Source: an uncultured Phycisphaeraceae bacterium (lineage in GTDB: Bacteria; Planctomycetota; Phycisphaerae; Phycisphaerales; UBA1924). Taken from it: a stretch of DNA of 64,000 nucleotides. The DNA lies in NCBI GenBank assembly GCA_964531675.1, contig CAZHFW010000007.1, forward strand, positions 6,754-70,753, read 5' to 3'. The translations under genes and the position numbers were made by a program. Positions 53,397 to 62,300 of this stretch are shown here, piece after piece. Numbering within the stretch: the stretch's first letter is position 1; each line of letters begins with the position of its first letter. The notes under the pieces were generated by a model, which saw only the letters and a program-made list of their open reading frames with translations, did no database searches and was not told the DNA's origin.

Positions 53397-56300
53397 GTGA
53401 AGCCAGCGTCTTCCAAGTTGTTCCGCAAGAAGCCACACGGGTCCGAGCGCGCGTCCGATCGGGCGCCGGTGCGGGTCCGCCGCGCATCCGAACTGGTCGC
53501 CGCGGCGGGGCTGTTGGCCGCGATCGGTCGCCCCGCGCTGGCGGGTCCCGAGGGCGCGCAGGTGTCCCACGGCTCCGCGAGCTTTGCACGCAGCGGCTCG
53601 CTCACGACCATCACCGCGTCCGACAACGCGATCATCAACTACAAGTCGTTCGACATTCGTTCCGGCGAAGCGGTGCGCTTCGTGCAGCCTTCGAGCCGGT
53701 CACGCGTGCTGAATCGCATCGAGTCCCCGGTCCCCACGCGGATCGACGGGAGTCTGTCTTCCAACGGCATCGTGTACCTGCTCAATCCGTCGGGCGTTCT
53801 GTTCGGCAACGGCGCCAAGATCGATGTCGCGGGCATCACCGCGGCGGCGGCCCGGATGAGCGATTCGGACTTCATCAAGGGATTCGATCGCTTCACGGAT
53901 GTCTCCGGCGCGGTCATCAACCAGGGCTCGATCAAGTCGGGCAGCACGGTCAATCTGATCGGCAACTACGTCGCCAACAGCGGCACGATCGAAGCCAAGG
54001 ACGCGGTCGTGATGGCGGTGGGGGACGAGGTCCTCGTCGCTGAAAATCCGTTGTCGGGGACTTACGTGCGCGTGAGCGCCAAGCCTCCCGCGGAAGAAGC
54101 GGGGCCCCGGACCGACAAGCCTGCGGGAAAGCCCAGGCCTTCGCTGGCTGCGGGCGATCTGTTCTCGCTGGCGATCTCGCAGACCGGGACGGTGAAGTCG
54201 GCGCATGTTCGCGCCGAGTCGGCGCGGGCGGGAAGGGTCCAGATCGCGGGCAAGATCGACGCGTCCAGCGCGACGGGCAAGGGCGGGAAGGTCGAGGTCC
54301 TGGGCTCGACGGTGAAGCTCGAGGGCGCGAACATCGACGTGTCGGGCCGTGATGGCGGCGGATCGGTTCGTGTGGGCGGCGACCTGCAGGGCAAAGGCGA
54401 GCTGCGCCATGCGGGCGTGACGACCGCGGACGCGGCGACGAGCATCAAGGCCGACGCGACCGCGCGCGGCGATGGCGGCTCGGTGGTCCTCTGGTCCGAT
54501 CAGCTCACCAGCTCGCGGGCCACGATCTCGGCGCAAGGCGGCAGCCAGGGAGGCGATGGCGGCTTTGCGGAGATTTCGTCCAAGAGCACACTGGATTTCT
54601 CGGTGGGACCCGCGGACCTGCGGGCGGCGCGCGGCCGTCAGGGCACGCTGCTGCTGGACCCCACCAACGTTCAGATCATCGATGGCGTCGCGGGTTCGGG
54701 CGATCAGGACAATGTGCTGTTTGTGAACTCCGGGTTCCTGAGCGCGGGAGCTGCGGACACCGCGTTCAACACCGTCTCCTGGGGGCAGATCGCGTCGCTC
54801 TCGGGCCCGACGTCGAACATCATCATCCAGGCGACCAACCAGATCACCTTCGGGAACATCACCGGCGCGACGCCTGGCGTGACGTCCGCCGATGGCACCG
54901 CGGCGGTGGGAAGGCTCACAGGCCAGACGCTCCGCTTCGAAGCCCAGGGCGGCTCGATCAGCTTCGCGGATTCGTCGGATCGCGTGCTCGTCACCGGCGG
55001 CGGCACGCTTGAGTTGATCGCGGGGACGAGCATCAGTGCTGCCCGCCTGGAGTCCACCACGGGGACCATCAAGCTCACGTCGGGCACGACGATGAGCCTG
55101 CGCTCAATGGTCGCCGACAGCATCGTGCTGTCCGCGGGGAACTCAACGCCCGGGAGCGCGGTTTCGCAAGCGGCGCCGTTCTCGACGACGAATCTCACGC
55201 TGCTCGGATCGGCGGACTATCAGTTCGGCGCGCAGGCCAACAACCTGGTCACGCTGGCGGGCTCGTTCACCGGCACCGGCGCGCAGGTGTCCATCCAGGA
55301 CCTGTCAGGCTTCTCGGTGGGCACGGTGGGCGCGGTCTCGGGATTGAGCATCGGCACCGCGGCGACCAATCGCTTCCTGCTGCAGACCGACGGCGCGGTG
55401 ACGCAGACGGATCCCATCGTTGCGGGTCAGTTCCGCGTGCTCGGCAACGGCTCGGTGTCGTTCACTTCGGCGGGGAACGACTTCGGGACCATCGCGGGCC
55501 TGCTCACGGGGGCCTCGAGCTCGATCTTCATCCGCGACGACAACGGGCTGGTGGTCGGCAACGCGGGCGGCATCCCGGGCGTCGGCATCGGCACGCTTGC
55601 TGCGAACATTCTGTCCATCCAGTCCGACGGGCCGATCACGCAGACCCACGCGCTGGTCTGCGGCAGCCTGCGGTTCACGGGCGCGGGCAGCGCGACGTTC
55701 GGCACGCTCAACAACGAGACGGTGACGCTCGCGGCCAAGCTCACCGGGCCGAGCAGCTCGCTCACGTTCCGTGATGACAACGGGTTTGCGGTCGGCACCA
55801 TCTCGGGCACCGCGGGCGTGGACGTCGGGACCGGCGCTTCCAACACGCTGAGCATCCAGTCCAACAGCGGCGTCACCCAGTCGCAGCCCATCATCGCGGG
55901 CAATCTCCGCCTGCTCGGCTCCGGCGCGTTCTCGCTGCTGGGTCAGAGCAACAACACGGATGTGCTGGCGGCGAGTCTCACCGGGACCAGCACGGTCCTG
56001 GAGTTCCGCGACGACACCGGATTCTCGATCGGTTCGGTGCTGGGCACCAACGGCGTCTCGGTCGCGTCGGATCCGAGCAATCGCATTTCGTTCCAGTCGG
56101 GTAGTTTGGTCTCGCAGACGCAGCCCCTGAGCGCCAGTTCGCTGCGCATGCTCGGGACGGGAAGCTATGACTTCTCCAACGCGGGCAACGCGCTGAGCGT
56201 GATCGCGGGGTCGCTGAGCTCTCCCACGAGCTTCATCACGGTGCGCAGCACCGGCGGGATCACGGTCGGGACGGTGTCGACGACCTCGGGCGTGAACATC

Positions 56301-59300
56301 GGCTCGACGGCGGCGAACCAGCTCCGGCTGATCTCCGACGTGTCGATGCTGCAGACCACGCCGATCGTCGCCGGCGTGCTCGAACTCACCGGCGCGGGCA
56401 GCGCGACGCTCATCAATCCCGCCAATGACGTCGCGACCTTCGCGGCCAATCTGTCGGGCGGTTCCAGCACGCTGGCGTACGCCGACACGAACAACTTCTC
56501 GATCGGCGTGGGGCCCACGGTGTCGGGCATCACGCTCCCGACCGGATCGGGCAACATCCTGCTCATCGGCTCGGCGGGCACCACCACGCAGACGGCGCCC
56601 ATCGTCAGCGGCCCGTTCGTCATGGTGGGCGGCGGCTCGCTCGTCCTCGACACGCAGAACAACTCGGTCAGCTCGCTCGCAATCGGCATGACAGGCGCCA
56701 ACAGCTCCGTGTCGTTCCGTCAGGACTCGGGCATCTCGATCGACTCGGCGCTGGGCATCTTCGGCGCTTCGACCTTCACCGGTGCGAACAACACGCTCAC
56801 GTTCCGCTCCGACGGCGTGATCACCCAGTCACAGCCCGTGGTTACGACGGGGCTGAGGCTTCTCGGTGCTGGTCTTGCGAACCTGACGAGCGGCGGCAAT
56901 CGCATCACGACCCTGGCGGCGTCCATGACCGGCGCGACCTCCGCGCTGGCCTACTCGCAGGTCAATCCGATCGTCATTGGAGCCGTGGGCGGCACGTCGG
57001 GCGTCAACATCGGGACGGGCGCCGGAAACCTGTTCCTCTTGACGTCGAGCGGCGCGATCACGCAGACCCAGCCCGTCGTCGCGGGGGCGATCACGCTCAG
57101 CGGCTCGGGCTCGGCGACGCTCACGAATGCCGGGAACACCTTCTCGGGTCTGACGTTCGCTTCGCTGGGCGGGCCCTCGACGATCTTCACGAATCCCGCG
57201 TCCGGCCAGCTGCTCGTGAACACGAGCTCGGTGGGCGGCACCGCGTCGATTACTTCGGCGGGCGATCTGCGCGTCGGCGGAGTCTTCACGACCGGCACGA
57301 GCCTCTCGCTTCAGGCGGGAAGCGATGGTTCGGGAAATCTGACCTTTGCGGCGGGCTCGGGCTTGCGGGCCGACACGATCGCCCTCCGCGCGGGTGATGG
57401 GCCGGGCGGCGCATCGGCTGCGACGATTGACGCTGGTACCAACGCGCCCACGATCGCCAATGGCGCGGGTACCGCCAATCCGACTTCGCTTTCGCTGCGG
57501 GCCGATGGCGCGATCGACAGCGCCCAGATCCCGGCGGCGGCCCAGTTCAACGCTGGGAACACGACCGGGCTGACCTACACGATCCTCTCGGATCAGGGCG
57601 CGGTGACCGTCGCGGACGGGACCAAGCTGGCGGCGGCGGTGCTCTCGATCAACGGCAGCGCGGTCAACATCTCCGACAATGTCAGCGTCCGGTCCTTCAC
57701 GACCTCGTCGCCTGTCGTGCTCTCGGGGAACACCGAGCTGGCTTCGACGCAGGCGAACCTCACGCTCGGCTCGACGCTCGCGATCGGCTCGGGGAACGTC
57801 ACGCTCACGTCGGATGAAGTCGACCTGGGTGGGAACGTCTCGGGCGCCGGAAGCCTCACGATCAGGCCCTTCACGTCCAGCGTGGGCGTGGCCCTGGGCG
57901 GGACCGAGACGCCGGGAAGGCTGGACCTGACCGCGGCCGAGCTCGCGAGGCTCCAGGCGGGTCTGGCGGCGCTCACGCTCGGCAACTCTAGCGGCACCGG
58001 CACGCTCTTGACGCTCTCCGACACGAGCTTCAAGGCGCCGACCACGTTCCGCGGGCCGGGCGGCATCACGCTCTCGGCCAATGTCCGGAGCCAGGGGTTC
58101 AAGCTCACCTTCGCCAATCCCGTCAGGCTGACGATCGACACGCAGGTCGCCAGCAACGACAACGGCGTGCTGACCGGCGCGGACATCGAGTTCCTGGACA
58201 CCATCGACGCGCAGGCTGCGGGCGTGCAGGCCCTGGCGATCTTCCCGGGCAGCACGGGCGTGGCCAGACTCGGCGGTCCGGCGTTCGACAAGCCCGTGGG
58301 CGGGCTCGCGGCGATCAAGTCGATGAGCATCTCGGGCGGCGGCCTGGCGATCGGCGCGGTCAGCTCGACGGGCTTCCAGGATTACATCGGCCCCGCGGAT
58401 GTCCGCGGCAATCTGACGTCGCAGTTCTCGTCCATTCGTCTGGCTTCCCCGGTGACGACGACCGGCAGCCGGATTTTCTCGGCGGCGACCACGTACGCCC
58501 ATCAGAGCGGGCTCACCGCGGGTGGAAATCTCTCGATCAGCGCGGGTTCTGACGCGACCTTCGGTGGCACCACCGCGGTGACTGGCTCGCTCTCGGCGAT
58601 CGTGACGGGAAACCTGACCGCGACCGGCGCGACCACGTCTACCGGCACGATGAGCCTGACCTCGGGAGGCAACATCGCGGTCACGAGCCTGGGCGCGGGT
58701 TCTTCGCTCGGCGTCACGAGCGTCGGGAGCACGACCGCGACAGGCAACGCGACCTCGACCGGAACGATCAACATCAATGCGGGGACGACCCTCGCGATGG
58801 CGGGCGTCAACGCGGGCACCGGGTTGACGGCCCAGGCGACGGGGAGCGCGACGTTCTCGGGGCCGGTGGCTGCGGGAACGTTCGGAAACATCGATGCTGC
58901 GTCGATCCTGGCTTCGGGCACGGTTTCCTCGGGCACGACGCTCTCGCTCTCGGGCGACACGACGGTTCAGGTCAACCAAGGCGTGACCACCGGCGGCACG
59001 ACGAGCATCACCGCTCCGACGTCGGCGACCTTCGCGGCGATCAACTCGGGCGGTAGCCTGACGTTCAACTCGGGCGTGACGAGTGTGTCCGGCGCGATCC
59101 AGTCGACCGGGCCGATCCAGTTCACCGTCAGCTCCCTCTCGACCGCGGGAATCACCGGACAGTCCTCGCTGGTTGCGAATGCAACCGGACCGATCACCAT
59201 CGGCGGCAACACGACGCTCACCGGCACCGGCGCGTTGACCGCGGGCAGCACGATCACGCTCGCGGGATTCGCGGCTGGGCCTGGCCTCACGATGGCGGCG

Positions 59301-62300
59301 CCGGGTCTGGTGCGCTTCAACGGCGCGGTCAGCTCCACCGGGGCGCTGGGGGCCAATGTCGGGAGCCTGGTGGCCAACTCGACGATCGGCTCGGGCACGA
59401 CCCTCGGCATCACCTCCGCTGGTGCGGTCGATCTGAACGGCGCGGTCAACGCGGGGTCGACGTTGAACATCTCCGGGACGTCGATCGACGCTGCGGGGAC
59501 GCTGAGCTCGGTGGGGTCCACGACGCTCGATTCTTCGGGTCGGATGTCGCTGGCGGCCATCAACGCCGGGGCGGCCACGAGTTTGACGGCGGTCGGGCCG
59601 ATTTCCTATACGTCGCTGACCTCGGGAGGAAATCTCGCGGCGTCCGGGGCGGGCATCATCGGGACGCTCACGACCAACGTCACGGGCGCCGCGACGATGA
59701 ACTCCACCGCGGCCCTGTCGCTTGGTGGGGCGTTCTCTTCGACCGGCCTCGCGAGCCTCACGTCGGGCACGAATATGTCCTTGGCTTCGGTGACCTCCGG
59801 AGGCACCACGGGGCTCAGCGCTGGCGGCACGCTCTCGTACGCCTCCGTTCAGTCCGCGGGGAATCTGAACGCGACGGGCGTCGGAATCACCGGGACCTCG
59901 ACGACCAATGTCACGGGCGGCTCCGCGACGATCCACTCGACCGCGGGTCTGACCCTCGGCGGCGGACTCTCGGCCTCCACCGGCGCAACCCTGACCTCCA
60001 CCGGCGCGATGACGCTGACCTCGGTGAACTCGGGCGGAGCAACAGGCCTCACCGCGGGCGGCACGCTGTCGTATACCTCGCTGATCTCGGGAGGCAATCT
60101 CAACGCCTCCGGCGCGGGGATCACGGGGACGTCCACGACCAACGTCACCGCCGGTTCGGCGACGATGAACTCGTCCGCTGGGCTCACGCTGGGCGGCGCG
60201 CTCACGACCACGGGCACGACGAGCCTGACTTCCGCCGGTCCGATGTCGCTGGCCTCGGTGAACTCGGGCGGCGCAACGGGGCTTGCCGCGGGCGGAGCGT
60301 TGTCGTACACGTCGCTCACCTCGGGCGGCAATCTCAACGCGTCGGGCGCGGGGATCACGGGAACGGGCGCAACCAACCTCACCGGGAGCGCGACGTACAA
60401 CTCGGGCGCAGCCCTGTCGCTTGCGGGAGATCTCGCGGCCTCGGGCCCGGTGTCTCTCACGAGCACGCTCGGCGCCACGCTCGCGGGCGTCTCCGCTGGG
60501 TCCGGCTTCAACGCCACGACCGGCGGCTTCTCGGCGGGCGCGATCACGACGACAGGCCCTGCGACGATCGACTCGGGAGCGGGCGTGACGTTGACCGGCA
60601 CGCTCTCTGCGGGAGGGGCCGTCACGATTGCAAGTGATGGATCGTCCTCGCTGCGTGCGATCACCACGCCCTCGTCGATCGCGCTCAACTCGGGGAACGA
60701 TCTGACGCTGCTGGGCGCGCTCAACTCGGGCTCGACGATCAGCGCGCTGGCCAATGGCGCGGTCGCGATCGGCGCATCGGCCAAGGCGCCGACCTCGATC
60801 AGCTTCCGATCCGGGGAAGACGGCACCGGAGATCTGACCTTCACCGCGGGCGGCCTCACCATCGATACGCCCACGCTCACGCTCCGCGCGGGCGATGGCC
60901 CGGGGGGCGTGAAGACCGCGTTCGTGAACGCGCTGGCGGGCTCGCCCTCGTTCCGTGGATTCGCGGGTGCGGGGACTTCGCCCACGTCGTTCACGCACCA
61001 GCAGGACGCCTCCATCGTCGATGCGCAGACCGCAGCGGGATCGCAGTTCGCGGGCGGATTGGGCTCGGTGCAGTACCGGCTCATCTCCGATGATGGCTCG
61101 ATCACGATCGCCGACCCGTCAAAGTTCCTGGGCACGGACCTGACGGTCCGCAGCGCTGCCGGATTCTCCGCGGTGCCCTTCGCGCCCGCCAAGCTCACGA
61201 TCGAGGGCCCGCTCTCCTCGGGCAACCAGACGATCGACATCGGTGCGGGAACGCTGACGCTTTCAGACGCCCTGACGCTTGGCGCCTCGGATCTGACGAT
61301 CTACGCCGACGAGATCAACATCCTCGCGCCCATCTCGGGATCGGGAACGCTGACCCTCGGGCCCGGGACGCTGGCACGCCCGGTGCTGCTCGCGGGCGCG
61401 ACCGACTCGGGCTCGGGACGCCTGGACCTCACCGCGGGCGAACTCGACTTCCTGCTCGACGGATTCGCTGCCATCGTCGTCGGTCGTTCCAACTCGACCG
61501 GCACGCTCGGCTTTGCAGCTCCCCGTACCTTCAGCGATCCGATGGTCTTCCGAGCTGCGGGCGTGATCACCGCGGACCGGGCGCTGACCGGCATTGGCGA
61601 CGGCGCGTTCCGGTTCGAGTCGACCCAGCCCGTCCGACTCGGCACGACGATCACCACGCAAGGTCAGGACGTCGCGTTCGCGGCCCCCGTCCGGCTGACG
61701 GGTGATACGTCCCTGAGCGTCAATGGCGGCGATGTCGGGTTCGACCAGGCCCTCGATGCGGTCTCCGACGGCGTCGGCAACCTGCAGATCTCCACCGGCA
61801 GCGGCCAGACCGCGTTCCTCGCCCCCGTCGGTTCGACCTTCCGCCCGAACTCCATCAATGTGCCGGGCGAGGTCAACGCCGGCTCGATGCGGGTGGTGGA
61901 TGGTCTGACGCTCGGCGATCTCTCGCTCAACGCCAATGCGGTGTACGCGGGACGCACGCTCACGTTTGCCTCGGTGCGGGCGCCGGGTTCGTCGTCTTCC
62001 TTCCGCGCCACGCCGACGGGCGCCGGCGCGAGCGTGAACTTCCCGGGCGGCATCGGCGCGCCGGGCCAGACGCCCACGTCCATCACGGTCGACGCCGGCG
62101 GCACCGCCCAGCTCTTTGGCGCGATCCGCGCGGGCGGTCCGGTGCTCTTCTCAAGCCCCGCAAACTTCCACGATGGCACGTCCATCGACGCGAGCAACGC
62201 TGCGGTGACGTTCGCGCAGGCGCTGACCGGCGAAGGAAACCTCACGGTCAACGCGGGAACCGGCCCGACGAACTTCCAGGGCGTCACGACGACCAACCCC

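Noticed and set aside
55200-60440. The tandem DNA repeats might have been a CRISPR array or a satellite.
   Set aside because: The periods are 231-237 bp, in frame, with no spacer-repeat alternation of CRISPR size. They encode protein repeats inside the tpsA frame.
56829-60998. A 1389-aa minus-strand ORF, the longest in the track for this region, together with 59849..61240, 61664..62992 and 62655..63509 on the minus strand.
   Set aside because: The translations are dominated by Arg/Gly/Ala/Pro/Asp with no recognisable domain. They lie antisense to the uninterrupted plus-strand frame that encodes a TPS domain and regular beta-helix repeats. They are typical high-GC shadow ORFs.
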